A stretch of 64,000 bases of DNA from assembly GCA_030390025.1 (NCBI GenBank), contig CM059432.1, positions 7,068,001-7,132,000 on the forward strand. The letters are read 5' to 3'. This document shows positions 1 to 12,338 of the stretch, one piece after another. This DNA comes from Squalus acanthias. Its lineage: Eukaryota. Below the pieces are notes generated by a model. It did no database searches. It was not told where the DNA came from and was given only the letters and a program-made list of their open reading frames with translations. The position numbers and the translations under genes are program-made. The stretch's first letter is position 1; each line of letters starts with the position of its first letter.

Positions 1-303
1 CCCTCGTGGTCATTTGGGGAAAGGGCTATAAACTCAAGACGACTTGTTTTCCTTGATCTACAGGGCGATTTCCCTTGTTAAATAACCACCTCTCCCACCG
101 CACCATTATTTAATATTAGGTTTTAAAACTAGATTTCGATGTCTAGCTGGAGAGGGAGGAAGCGGGAGGAACAGTCAGATCTCACCTCGATCGGTAAATT
201 GTTCAAGTGCAGCTGGGTGCATTACAATGTTTATGAATCCAGAAAGTACATAATTACCTGTTTTCGGAAGTGCGTTTGCCTTACTGCGAACATATTTATA
301 AAG

Positions 304-340
304 CGCGCACGCGCACACACACGCACACGCACATACATAT
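304..340. repeat. (CG)/(CA)/(TA) dinucleotide microsatellite
   Basis: cgcgcacgcgcacacacacgcacacgcacatacatatat. Confidence 0.8.
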
Positions 341-364
341 ATTCTGATCTTTTAGTTCTTTTTA

Positions 365-667
365 ATTCATTCACGGAATGTGGGCGTCGCCGGCCTTTAT
401 TGCCCATCCCTAATTGCCCTCGAGAAGGTGGTGGTGAGCCGCCGCCTTGAATACAACTGAGTGACTTGCTCGGCCATTTCAGAGGGCAGTTAAGAGTCAA
501 CCACATTGCTGTGGGTCTGGAGTCACATATCGGCCAGACCAGGTAAGGACGGCAGATTTCCTTCCCTGAAGGACATTAGTGAACCAGATGTTTTTTTTAT
601 AATGACAATCCGATAGTTTCATGGTCATCATTACTGATACTAGCTATTTATTCCAGACTTATTTAAT
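365..667 (-). mobile_element. SINE family B, partial; its tail is shared with LINE family X
   Basis: Reverse complement matches the copies at 23095-23425 and 58450-59000 (gggaaggaaatctgccgtccttac ... ttagggatgggcaataaa). Confidence 0.7.
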
Positions 668-1036
668 TAGCACAAGCCAGGAGGTTATTTTTTTTTTTTA
701 AGTCTGATCTGAATGGCTACTAGACCTTTTGAACTTTTTTTTCCCCATCAAAATCCAAACATTTGGATTAAATTTGCATTAAGCAAAGGGTGGACCTGTT
801 GTCCAGCAGCATTGTCCAATGCCAGTATTGTGTGCACCTTGTCCAGTGTACAAAGTTTTGGAAGTTGGAAGTACAATGATTTTTATAAAGTGCAATAAAC
901 AAAGGAACAAGCTCCGTTTTGCTGTAAAGGTAAGTGGTATGCTGCAGTTCCTGAGTCGTATCAGTTTGCTAAAGGCAGCTGGTACAAATGGATAGCAATT
1001 TCTCACTTCTAACCAGACTCGCAGGTTTCCTTCATT

Positions 1037-1780
1037 GGCCCAGAAATTGATCTCGCTCTGTTCCCGCGGGGGTAAGCCTTCCCCGCGATCTCTCACCTCG
1101 CTTGTGCTTTTTCAGATCCAGCTCGCACGAACTTGATGTTCCAGACATCAGCTGGGCAGTGCTTGCGTATCCCACCGGCGTAGTGAATTCGTGCGAGCTG
1201 TGGGATCACGTGACTCAGTTAGAGCCAATGGCAGCACACCATCTTCCATTCATAAGTTTCACAGACCTGCTGTGAAATCTATGAATCTTACACCCCCCCC
1301 AAAATAACAGCTAAACCTCAATTAAATTTAAAAAAAAACCATCACATTAATAAAATAAGTATAGTTAATTAAATTAACCATTTTAAATAAAAAATTAAAT
1401 TTTTGAAAAAATTTAAAATCTTTTAAAAAGTTATAAAAATAAACTTACCTGTCTTTAAAGTCTCTAAAAAAGATATACCTGTTAAAAAAAATTCAAAAAA
1501 ATACTTAATTCACTACTTACCTTCTTAAAAGTGGGTCTTACTCCTCCTTTTTACATTTCTAAAATCTTCCGTCCTTACCTGCGCGTCCAAAGCATGAAGT
1601 GCACAGCGTGCGCGCAGCCTGTAGCGCGCACGCGATGCACCGAGGACCCGCCCCCTTTTCAGAAGAGCAATTGCCGGTTTTCAGCGCATGCGCAGGGCAT
1701 GCAGAAAACCGGCAATTGGAGAGAGAATACGCGAGAGTACGCAGTGCGTACTCTCGCGTCCCGGGATCAATTTTCGGCCC
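1037..1780. mobile_element. TIR element (MITE) with 3-bp ATT target duplication
   Basis: Left end GGCCCAGAAATTGATC versus reverse-complemented right end GGGCCGAAAATTGATC (13/16). ATT at 1034-1036 and 1781-1783. GC-rich ends with an AT-rich core. Confidence 0.65.
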
Positions 1781-2160
1781 ATTGTGAAATTTTACGTTAA
1801 AAGGAAAAATGCATGCATGTATGTTTTAAATGTACTTGGTATTTTCAAACGGTATTCGTGTTAGTTATTCATACCTGATGACTTACAACACCCGGGAATG
1901 TGCCAGTCCCAGTGGGGCCTTTGTTATTAGCTTAGAAACTGACGCATAATAATATTGTGTAACTTGGCTATTAGATTCCCAATGTCACAGGAGGTTCAGC
2001 AAGATTCACTATCTATCTTCTGTTAAAATGTTGTTTGTTTAAGAAGAAATTCCCATGAAACGAATGCATGAGCAAGCAGAAAAACAGTGCAGGATAAAAC
2101 TGCAACAGTAACTCATTTTTAGTTTTCAACTCTGTAGATTGCATGTACCATTAACTGTAG

Positions 2161-3050
2161 CCCAACCATCTTCAGCTGCTTCATCAATGACCTTCCCTCT
2201 GTCATAAGGTCAGAAGTGGGGATGTTTGCTGATGATTGCACAGTGTTCAGTTCCATTTGCAACTCCTCAGATAATTTTTTTAAATTCGTTTATGGGATTT
2301 GGGCGTCGCTGGCAAGGCCAGCATTTATTGCCGATCCCTAATTGCCCTTGAGAAGGTGGTGGTGAGCCACCTTCTTGAACTGCTGCAGTCCGTGTGGTGA
2401 AGGTGCTCCCACAGTGCTGTTAGGTAGGATGTCAGGATTTTGACCCAGCGATGATGAAGGATCGGCGATATACTTCTTAGTCAGGATGGTGTGTGACTTG
2501 GAGGGGAACTTGGAGGTGGTGGTTTTCCCATGCGCCTGCTGCCCTTGTCCTTCTAGGCGGAAGAGGTCGCGGGTTTGGGAGGTGCTGTCAAAGAAGCCTT
2601 GGCGAGTTGCTGCAGTGCATCTTGTAGATGGTCCACACTACAGCCACGGTACGCCGGTGGTGGAGGGAGTGAATGTTTAAGGTGGTGGATGGGGTGCCAA
2701 TCAAGCGGACTGCTTTGTCCTGGATGGTGTCGAGCTTCTTGTGTGTTGTTGGAGCTGCACTCATCCAGGCAAGTGGAGGGTATTGCATTACATTCCTGAC
2801 TTGTGCCTTGCAGATGGTAGAATGAAGCAGACCTGAACGACATTCAGGCTTGGGCTGATAAGTGGCAGGTAACATTTGCGGCACACAAGTGCCAGGCAAT
2901 GACTATCTCCAACAAGCGAGAGTCTAACCACCGCCTCTTGACATTTAATGGCATTACCATCGCCGAATCCCCCACCATCAACATCCTGGGGGTCACCATT
3001 GATCAGATATTTAACTGGACCAGCCACCAGGAACGAATAATTAAAAAAAA
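2161..3050. mobile_element. Non-LTR retrotransposon family X fragments; + strand pieces interrupted by an inverted 3' piece
   Basis: RT-like GMFADDCTVF on + at about 2220-2250. Segment 2276-2820 is the family 3' end on - (TLNIHSLHHRRTV). The + strand resumes at 2821. Confidence 0.75.
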
Positions 3051-3949
3051 AGCGTCAAATGCAGCATGAAATGGACATTGTTGCCACTTCAGCTTAAAGG
3101 ACATTCTGATGGGCCAATTATTGAGTGGCATAGCCAGCTGAAAAAAAGCTGAAGCCAAAAGCCCACCATGTTGGCTCTGTGCTACAGCAGACATTATAGC
3201 CTAGAAATGACTGCTTGCATTAGTGGCATATAAATGTGTTTAAAGCTCGTGTGCTAGCATTGCAACAAATCTCAGAGCTCATACTTGCTGTAGAATAAAC
3301 TTCTGCAATGCAGATCCACCTTCACCTTTAACAATAAGTGCAAAGAACTCAGACTTCTTAATCAACAAGATAGAAATCATCCATTCAGCTGTCTCTGCTC
3401 ATTCCCCCCTTCTGCCTGCCCACACCAAACCTCCTGCTTCCAGCTCACCTCATCCTAGTCCTGAACTCCCATCTCTCTCTAATTTCTCTTCCATCTGCCC
3501 CCATTTCCTCTCCAACCTCACATTGTCCATGAGGCCCACTCCCTCTCCCTTGACCCCCTTCCCACTAAACTGCCGAGCACCCAATTTCCCTTCCTGGCCT
3601 CCATGCTAGCTGTTATTGTAATCCCAAACCATCTCTACCAATGGCTTCTCCACCCAGCCCCACACAGTCACCTCAGGACTTCCCAAAGGATCCATCCTCC
3701 ACTCTTCTACATCTACAAGCTGCTCCTTGGCAGCATCATCCACAGACTTCTACATGTACACCTAGCTTTAACTCTCCACCATCTCTCAACTCCTCCACTG
3801 CCTCTGTCCTGTTAGACTCTCTGACATCTAGTCTTGAGTGAGCCACAGTTTCATCCAGCTAAGCATTGGAAAGACCATCGATATCTTTGTCATCTCCAGA
3901 CTTGACTATTCCAGTGCTCTGCTGGCCAGCTTCCCAATATCTATAAACT

Positions 3950-4082
3950 TCTGACAAAAGGTCATCGACCTGAAACGTTAACTCTGTTTCTCTCTCCACA
4001 GATGCTGCCTGACCTGCTGAGTGTTTTCCAGCATTTTCTGTTTTTATTTCAGATTTCCAGCATCCGCAGTATTATGCTTTCG
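3950..4082 (+). mobile_element. Short Penelope-terminal-repeat-derived insertion with hammerhead-like motif; 12-bp TSD
   Basis: TATCTATAAACT at 3938-3949 and 4083-4094. The sequence matches the reverse complement of about 61940-62072. Confidence 0.8.
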
Positions 4083-4219
4083 TATCTATAAACTACAGCT
4101 CATTAAAAAACCCTGCTGCCTGTTTCCTACCTCGCGCCAAGTCCCACTTCCCCATTGTCCCTGTTCTGCTGACCTACATTGGTACCTGGTCCGCCGACAC
4201 CTCACATTTAAAATTCTTA

Positions 4220-4881
4220 GGGGGAAAAATTGAGTCACGCCCCCTTTGGGGCGCTAAAAAAGCGCCCCGAAAAAATTAGCACCCCCACGACCGAAATTCA
4301 GCGGTCGTGCCCCAAGAGGGAAGCGGGGCGCTACTGGAAGCGCCCCGCCTCCCTCTTGGGGCGCTGCGAGGGAATATCGTGGTGCTACGTATTGCAGCGC
4401 TGCGGTACTGCAGGCCTTCCTCCCCTTCTTAAAGGGGAGGGGCCTTGCGCAGCACGACCCGGGGCCCAGCTGGGGCACCAGGGATCGGAGTGCCAGCAAA
4501 AGAGCCCGGCACTCGAGAAGTGCCGGGCTCACGGAGCGCAGCCGGCACTCTTCGGGGGGGGCTGAAGAGGAGGCCAGGGACGGCAACGGGGGCAGGTGCT
4601 GGCAGGCGGCCAGCAACAAAAATGGCCGCCCGGCACCTCCCCTTTAATTAGTGCCGCCCCGGCTGCAATGTCATGGGGCGCTACCGAAGATCGCGGCCGG
4701 GGCGCTGCGCACGGCGATGACGTCATCGCCGGCGGCACAGCGCCGCGGGGCGCTAATGGTTGCCACCGCTGCTGAATTTCACGGTAGGCGGTGCTGCGCC
4801 CAGGCGCTAGTTGCTTTGTGCCCCGTTAGCACCCTCTTAGGGCGCTAACGAGAGTCGCAAAGCAACCGAATTTTATCCCCC
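4220..4881. mobile_element. GC-rich MITE with TTA target duplication (PIF/Harbinger-like)
   Basis: Ends GGGGGAAAAATTGAGT and rc GGGGGATAAAATTCGGT. TTA at 4217-4219 and 4882-4884. It splits an L2-like element. Confidence 0.75.
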
Positions 4882-5059
4882 TTATTCTTCTGTTTAAATC
4901 CTTCCATGGCTTTGCCCACTCCCTATCTTTGTAATCTCCTCCAGTTCTACAATCCCTCACCCAAAATGCTCTATTTATCTGACTCCGATCTCCTGTGCAC
5001 CCTCCCCCATTTTCCTCATCATTGGTGGCCATACCGTCTGCCATTTTTTTCCCCATTTT

Positions 5060-5283
5060 CGGTATGTGGGAGTCGCTGGCATGGCGGGTATTTATTGCCC
5101 CTCCTTAGTTTCCCCGCGAAAGTGGTGGTGGGCCTTCTCCTCGAACTACTGCAGCGATTTAATACAACTGAGTGGCTTGCTCGCCCACTTAGGAGTTGAG
5201 AAGTCAACCACATTGGTGTGGGACTGGAGTCGAATATAGGCCATACCGGGTAAGGACAGTATGTTTCCTTCCTAAAAGACATC
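5060..5283 (-). mobile_element. SINE family B fragment
   Basis: Similar to 365-570. Confidence 0.6.
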
Positions 5284-5579
5284 CTTTGGCCTGCTGTCCC
5301 TTTTTTCCACTAACACGTCCATGAGGCACCTTGGGATGGTTTTCTACATAAAGGGCTCTATATAAATGCAAGTTGTTATTTTTGTGGCCAGCTTATAATG
5401 TCACGGCACACTCTAATATTTCAAAATGTGGTAAATTTTCTTCAGTCACCAGAGGGCAATACGAATATATATTAAAATATTCCATCGACAAAAATATTTT
5501 AATTCACTCGCATAAAATTTCACTTAAGGTCAAATATCTGAGATTACATTCCATTTAAGATCATTTTTGGATAATAATT

Positions 5580-5910
5580 GCAGTCCATTGCAGTACTGAG
5601 GGAGTGCAGCACTGTCAGAGGGTGCCACCTTTTGAATGACGCATTAAACCACCCTCTCAGGTGGACATTAAAGATCCCATGGCACTATTTGGAAGAAGAG
5701 CAGGGGAGTTCTTCCCAACAGTTATCCCTCAACCAGCACCTGAAAACAGGTTATCTGGTCATGATCACGTTGCTGTTTGTGGGACCTTGCTGTGCATAAA
5801 TTGGCTACCGCGTTTCCTACATTAGAACGGTGACTACACGTCAAAAGTACTTAATTGGCTGTAAAGCGCTTTGGTATGTTAAAGACGTTCTATAAGTGCA
5901 AGTCTTTCAT
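5580..5910 (+). mobile_element. Deu-domain tRNA-SINE (SacSINE1-like), 5'-truncated
   Basis: Core cagtactgagggagtg...aaagatcccatggcactattt, plus an L2-like tail. Confidence 0.75.
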
Positions 5911-6104
5911 CTTTTCTTTCATTACACTCTTCATGACTTCAAATAGTCTGCAACACTTCTAATCAGTTAACAGTAGCAAAACAATCCAGCTACTACTTTG
6001 CTAATATTTAGTCCAGGCTGGGCATCAACCTTTCATTACTGGAGAGATCCGTTAACATTAAATCTTACTTGGGATATAGCCCACTCTTTTCTTTATTAAA
6101 AAAA

Positions 6105-6525
6105 AAAGACTTGCATTTAAATTATGTGAAGTACTTTTTGAAGTGCAGTCACTGTTGTAATGTAGGAAACGCGGCAGCCAGTTTGCACACAGCAAGCTCC
6201 CACAAACAGCAATGTGATAATGACCAGATAATCTGTTTTAGTGATGTTGATTGAGGGATAAATATTGGCCAGGACACCAAGGAGAACTCCCCTGCTCTTC
6301 TTCGAAATAGTGCCACGGGATCTTTTATCGTCCACCTGAGAGAGCAGACGGGGCCTCGGTTTAACGTCTCATCCGAAAGACGGCACCTCCGACAGTGCCG
6401 CACTCCCTCAGTGCTGCACTGGAGTGTCAGCCTAGATTTTTGAGATCAAGTCTCTGGAGTGAAACTTGACCCTCCAACCTCCTGACTCGGAGGCGAGAGT
6501 GCTACCCACTGAGCCACGGCTGACC
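6105..6525 (-). mobile_element. Deu-domain tRNA-SINE
   Basis: Reverse complement of the 16003-16460 type, with tRNA-like head gtggctcagtgggtagcac. Confidence 0.8.
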
Positions 6526-6854
6526 CTAAATTATTATTTAACACAAGTGTTAAATAAGAAATGATTTCAGGCAGGCTCCAGCATACTGCTAAGCAACTAA
6601 TTTACAGTTTGAATTATTGAAGCGTGGTACGCTACAGTTTAACTCTTTCTCTAGATATGAGCCCCGCTAATTCAGTTTAGGCTGGTCTTCTGATGGTTCA
6701 CGGTCAAATGCACTTGTTCAGACGGTCGGGTTAGTCGATAGAATCTGACATACAGAGCACATAGTCAGTGCATCCTCAGCTGCTGTGGAGTGAATTGTTT
6801 CTGCAACTTCACTTGAATTCTTTTTAAAGAGAACTTTTTTTTTGTATTGTTGAT

Positions 6855-7520
6855 CAATTTTCTCCTTACTCCGCTGAAGGTACTAAATGATGCTTGGGTA
6901 CAGTTCATGGTGCCGATAGCCCTTCAGATCTTTACCCAAGTACCATTGAATCTATGTTTTTCTTCACCTCTTTAAGCTCAAGTATCTACCACAGGTCACA
7001 AATTTAACACCGCTGATCATAGAATCATACAACACAGAAAGAGTCCATTCGGCCCATCATGCCTCTGCCGGCTCTTTGAAAGAGCTGTTCAATTAGTCCC
7101 ACTCCTCCTCCCTTTCCCCATAGCCCTGCAAATTTTTTTCCTTTTCAAGAATTTGTCAAATTATCTTTTGAAATTTATTGTTGAATCTGCTTCCACCACC
7201 CTTTGCATTCCAGAAAATATTCTTATACTAAATGTTGAGCCAAAGGCTGTTCCTCATTTATGAGTCTTGGCAGGCTATTCAGTCGTGGGTGCATCACATT
7301 TCCTCACCTGACCTGCACACTTTCAGCGTGAGCTACTGGTTAGTAATTGCGAACAGGGACCATGGTTGATATTTCCCTACCCTAGCCCAGGATGTTGAAG
7401 CCAATTGTACCATCCTTTCCACTGAGGTCAACTAATTCTACACAGTCCAGTGATGCAATTTGGATCTTCCCCAATCTCTCCAGGTGGTTTATTTATGCAT
7501 CGGGCTGCCAGGGGAGCTAT
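6855..7520 (-). mobile_element. Old SINE family C, interrupted by a CR1 3' fragment (about 7019-7215)
   Basis: Divergent similarity to the reverse complement of 35070-35365 plus 38535-38660. Confidence 0.4.
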
Positions 7521-8128
7521 TTTTGCTCCATTTAATGGTGGCTCGGGTTACTTTCCAAAGTAGCTTATAGACAAATTGATAAATAGGAATATGACTTTAT
7601 ACCTTTTTACTCTTGCCTCTGTGTACCGTATCTATTTGTGAATTACTAGAAGGACAACAACATCCCCAAAAAAATGCCCAGGGGTTCTCAAACCGCTCAT
7701 ACAATACCAACGTTAATGGGCCTGTATTGTTTGGTATTAATTTGCCACGGTACTGAATCATCTACAATAGCCAGAAGCTATATTACATGGAATCAAAAGT
7801 TCCTTACCTCTGGAAAGCAGCTCAAAAATTTACCACCGCGTACACCACAGGAAATAAATTCTTTTGTCAGTGTAAGCCAGAGGACAAATTAAACATTAAA
7901 GAGACCATGGGGATTGAAGCTAAGTGTGGTTTGTAGAGATGAATACAAATCACCATTAAAATTTCCCCTGGCACTGTTGCTAGAATATTGGGTGTAGGTG
8001 CCTTGATTTTGTCACTTTTGACACCTTGTCACATGTAGCTTAAACCCTCTCTCTTCCCAGCACTCAATAAGAGGTTACGACCATATTGGCTAAGTAGCAG
8101 CTGGGATTTCGAATGTCATTACAACATA

Positions 8129-8161
8129 TCCCCCCCCCCCCCCCCCCCCCCCCCCCACCCC
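8129..8161. repeat. poly-C tract
   Basis: About 28 consecutive C residues. Confidence 0.9.
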
Positions 8162-9967
8162 TGCTCACTGAAAAGAAAAAGTAAAAGGGGATTTAGCAGA
8201 CACAAAGCTAAGTTTACTGAATCTGGCGATAATTTTAAAAAAAAAGCAGCGGGATCTTAATTCCTGTCTGCATTTGCCTGATGCTGAGGTGCGTTTTGCA
8301 ATCCACCGCAAGTAAAAATGTAGGAGGAAAGAACAGATGTTGTAATATTCAAGAAACAAGCCTCCACCTAATCCCGGGCTCGAATCCTGCAATAAATTGC
8401 AAACTCACGGCGTCCTGAAGCCTCCAGAAATGTTCTGTTGTAAAACGCTGACACTGATCAGTCCTTTAGAATTTAAATAAATGTTTTTTTTTAAAATGCA
8501 GCGGAGCATGTAAAGGAAGCCTGATATGGATTGTTGGGGGGGGGAGGGGGGGAAAGACACTTATTGAAATATTTAAGTGAAGATTAGTGGAGTTAAAACA
8601 AGGTCAGATATCACTCAGTTCATTTTTTTTCTTTAATCATTTGGGTTTTAAGGAAATGGCAATATTTTTCAAATTTGTAATTTTTAACGGCGGTTCGTTA
8701 GGGCAATTAGTTACTGTCAGAATTCTGACTTACGCTGCTGCCTCTTCGATAGACTGACGGCTGTTTACCTGCCTTCTCCGTGATTTAGCAAGATGAGATC
8801 ATATAAATTGATAACCATCTCTGTGTTTTCTTCTGATTCATCTCTGACCTGAACTCTACTTGAACCTAGTTAGACACAAAACATCCAGGATTCTTGGTTG
8901 AAGCCATAAAATTTAATTAAATCCTACAGAAATGATGTGTAAAAGAACACCGCAGTACCCCAATAAAGTGCAAATAAGCACTGTGATGGATTAAAATAAT
9001 AAATGTGCCTGCTTCTCTTGTGTTTGAAGTGAAGGCAACAAATATGGGCTTCCAGCAGTCAATATAGTAATGATGTTAACAGGAAAGGTTATAAATGACA
9101 TGCACAAGGACCTCATCTGCTTAAGATCACTGCGTAATTTTACTGCTGGTTATATGGTGCTGACTCTGGACTTGCAAAGGAGCACACAGCCGCAGCAGAG
9201 CCCCATTCAGCAGTCATAATCTGTAACCTGAACAGGGTTTTTGCTGCAGCGACCCCGCAGTTTGAAATCATAAGCGATCACTTAACTCAGCGGTGCGACA
9301 ATGCACGTAATTTGTTTTCACACTCGCCCGCTGAAGGAGTGGCGGCGGCAGTTAGACCAAGAGAATATATGTCAGCGTGGAACAAATTGTTTCCATTGTT
9401 TACTCTGGACTAAATAGAACGCCTATTAAATTGTACGTTAGGCATTCGCATGTTCCAGCGTGAGAGGGCCTTAAGTAGCATCCCCGGCGCTCAATTGCTT
9501 GCTGCAGTCAGCATCTTTAAAAGACATGTTCCATGCACAGCGCCCCCCCCCCCCCCTCCTTCCCCAGCAATGTTTGAGGAAGCCATTAAATTATTTCTTC
9601 ATAAACCTGAATTAAAATACAGGTTTGAAAACCTTCAAGTATGCGGAGTATTCGGTCGAGCACAAGAGAACATGTTATATTTCCTTTACAAGGCAGATCA
9701 GTCAGTCAGCAAAATATATTGGGTTCCATAAATTATTGCGGAGAGTTCAGTTGCTTCAACAGTTTTCTCATAATTCCACAATGCTGCTTAGGAGCTGGCA
9801 TCCTGTATTAATTATGTGCAGATGTAAAGATCAGAGAACTGATTCATAAGAACTGCAGAAAGAAAAGAAGGCTAAGACAAATGTTTCTTTTAGCCTTGCA
9901 CTATTTAATTTATTGTGCAGTTGTCCAAGAGAGGATAAATCTGACATCCTTTTCTTCCTCCGTTTAG

Positions 9968-10170
9968 GAATGATCTTAGGTGCCACATTTGCACTCCAAC
10001 TGAAGGATCTGCTCGTAAAGACGTGCCTCAAAGACAGAAACAGGGCGCTAATTGGCCCGTTCTGCTGCACTGTGCAACTGGAAGCCAAGTGGTGCAGGCA
10101 CAGCGGCGACCCTGACCCACATCACTCCGTTCCAAAAACGCTGGTCGACTTGAAAGCTGGACTGATCCAG
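9968..10170 (+). CDS. VPS13B: VPS13B internal coding exon (window exon 1), phase 1 to 0
   Basis: Acceptor ...cctccgtttAG|GA at 9967 and donor CAG|GTttgt at 10171. Translates (G)MILGATFALQLKDLLVKTCLKDRNRALIGPFCCTVQLEAKWCRHSGDPDPHHSVPKTLVDLKAGLIQ, resembling recalled vertebrate VPS13B (...LEAKWCKHSGNP...DLRGGLLQ). Confidence 0.9.
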
Positions 10171-10996
10171 GTTTGTGTGGGTGGCAGCGGTGTCTGGGAG
10201 AGTCTGGCTTTAATGAGTCTGTTCCTTGTTTGACCCAAATGTCTTTTATTTCCAGCGCTCTAAATCATTGCAAAGAGCACCCTTGTAACATGATCAGGTT
10301 ATCTGGTAAAGCTCAACACTGTTGCATTTGAAGTACTTGATTTTTTTTGTATGAGTAATAAACTTTTAAAAAGATCAGAGCAAAACAAACAAAACTTGTA
10401 GGGCAATAAGATGAAACGAGCAATACCATAAATACTGCAAGGCACTTAAAATAATTAGAAATGTACACAAAGCATTTTGATTTCACAGCAATAGAGATAC
10501 GATATAACTTTTATAGAGGAATTGTTGAGACTTGAGCAGTTGGCCATAAGAACGCTTCTATAATGAAGATTGCTCACTGGGCACACAACCCTATTTTATG
10601 TATGACCTTTGACATCTGTTATTGGCAGGTGATCATCGTGACTGGTTTGAGTTGAACTGGTACATAAATCCTTTCCACCTTTTAACCCTTTTATAGACTG
10701 TAGGAGGAATCCTGCATCTGTACTTTACTAATTCACAAAAGGCTGCAAGTTTGTAGATGCTGGGTGGTTCCATAGGCTTCTCTGAGTGCAGTTTTCAATC
10801 TTTAGTATGACACTGCTAAAGTTCTTTTACAACCTTTATATAACAAGTATGTAGATTCTAAAACCTTCTACGGCAGATAAAAAAAGATCAAATTTAAAAC
10901 TCTTTAAAAGCGGAAAATAACCTTAAAAGCTACGTTATCTTTCTCAAAAAATCATGTTAAGTAAGCATTTAAATAATGTGCATATATACATATGTT

Positions 10997-11557
10997 AACA
11001 TAAGAATTAGGAGCAGGAGTAGGCCATACGGCCCCTCGAGCCTGCTCCGCCATTCAATAAGATCATGGCCGACCCTCGACCTCAGCTCCACTTTCCCGCC
11101 CTTTCTCCATATCCCTCGATTCCCCGAGAGTCCAAAAATCTCTCGATCTCAGCTTTGAATATACTCAACCATTCAGCATCCACAGCCCTTTGGGGGCAGA
11201 GAATTCCAAAGATTCACAACCCGCTGAGTGAAGAAATTCCTCTTCATCTCAATCTTAAATAGTCGACCCCTTATCCTGAGACTATGCTCCCTAGTTCTAG
11301 ACTCTCCAGCCAGGAGAAACGACCTCTCAGCACCTACCCTGTCAGTCCCCCTCAGAATCTTGTGTGTTTCAATGAGATCACCTCTCATTCTTCTAAACTC
11401 CAGAGAGTATAGGCCCAATCTACTCAATCTCTCCTCATAGGACAACCCTCTCAACGCAGGAATCAATCTAGTTAACTTTCATTGCACCGCCTCTAAGGCA
11501 AATATATCCTTCCGCAGATAAGGAGACCAAAACTGTGCACAGTACTCCAGGTGTGTT
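10997..11557 (-). mobile_element. CR1 LINE 3' fragment
   Basis: ORF 11173-11466 (LSYEERLSRLGLYSLEFRRMRGDLIE...NLWNSLP) plus a CR1 3' UTR. Confidence 0.9.
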
Positions 11558-12012
11558 CTATTGGGCTCCAGAGCTTGAGTGGTAGTGTTGGTTGATTCTT
11601 GAAGCCACAGTGATGCTGGTCCCTCTACTGTTGATCAGTACCAATGTTATAGGGAACAGCTATGGTTATAACTTATAACACTATATATACTGTGTAGTGT
11701 TTATATCTGTACTACTAGTGTTGGAATACAGACAATTGAACAAAAAATTATTGTTCAAATATATCTTTTATTTATTAAAATATGCAAATATTGGCCTACT
11801 GTCCTACTCTATTTCATCTTCAGAACTATCCCAGACAAGGTTATGTATGCTAATAACTTTCCATTGCTAGTTCTGTAGCGATGATGATGAGGCCTGAGGC
11901 CCACTATCTGGTGCACTTCGGGCCTCACCAATCAGGCGCAAAAATGGATGCGCTCAAATTTCTAGGCCCAAGTCTCTAATGTGACACTTTGGATACCCAG
12001 ACTTAAGAAGTT

Positions 12013-12187
12013 GGTCCTGAAATTCTGTCGTGGTTCAACCAGTCCACTGCTGTAACATCGGAATCTGCAGTAAGATGGGGTAAATGGCCACTTTCGGCCA
12101 TCTACTCCACTTCCCCGAGAGCTCTGCTGGTCTCCTGCCAGAGTTATCGCTGGAGAACCAGAGAGCCCCTACGGAATTTTTCAGGGC
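12013..12187. mobile_element. Small degenerate TIR element
   Basis: Left end ggtcctgaaattc versus reverse-complemented right end gccctgaaaaattcc. Confidence 0.4.
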
Positions 12188-12338
12188 AATGATCGGGTGA
12201 ACGGGCTGTGATTATTGTTAGCTTCACACAAAATCATCATTTGTCGGAGAAATAAATGGCCAGACTGAGATATTTGTAATGTGTTTGTGCTCCTGTATCT
12301 TATCAGTAGCAGTGCTTCTCTTTTTGGTGTCTATTTAG

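Larger units (their letters stand above)
3330..5370 (+). mobile_element. Degraded L2-like LINE hosting later insertions
   Basis: Contains gctgacctacattgg...tttaaaattc, shared with the L2-like copies at 44125-44640 and 40720-41470. Tail tatataaatgcaagttgtt at about 5360-5377. Confidence 0.6.

Noticed and set aside
780..935. Strong donor-like AAG|GTAAGT at 930 as a possible upstream VPS13B exon
   Set aside because: No frame resembles VPS13B as I recall it and there is no convincing acceptor. The preceding exon probably lies outside the window.
4230..4848. CpG island or promoter with overlapping ORFs
   Set aside because: It is bounded by TIRs and a TTA duplication inside an L2, and the ORFs reflect high GC content.
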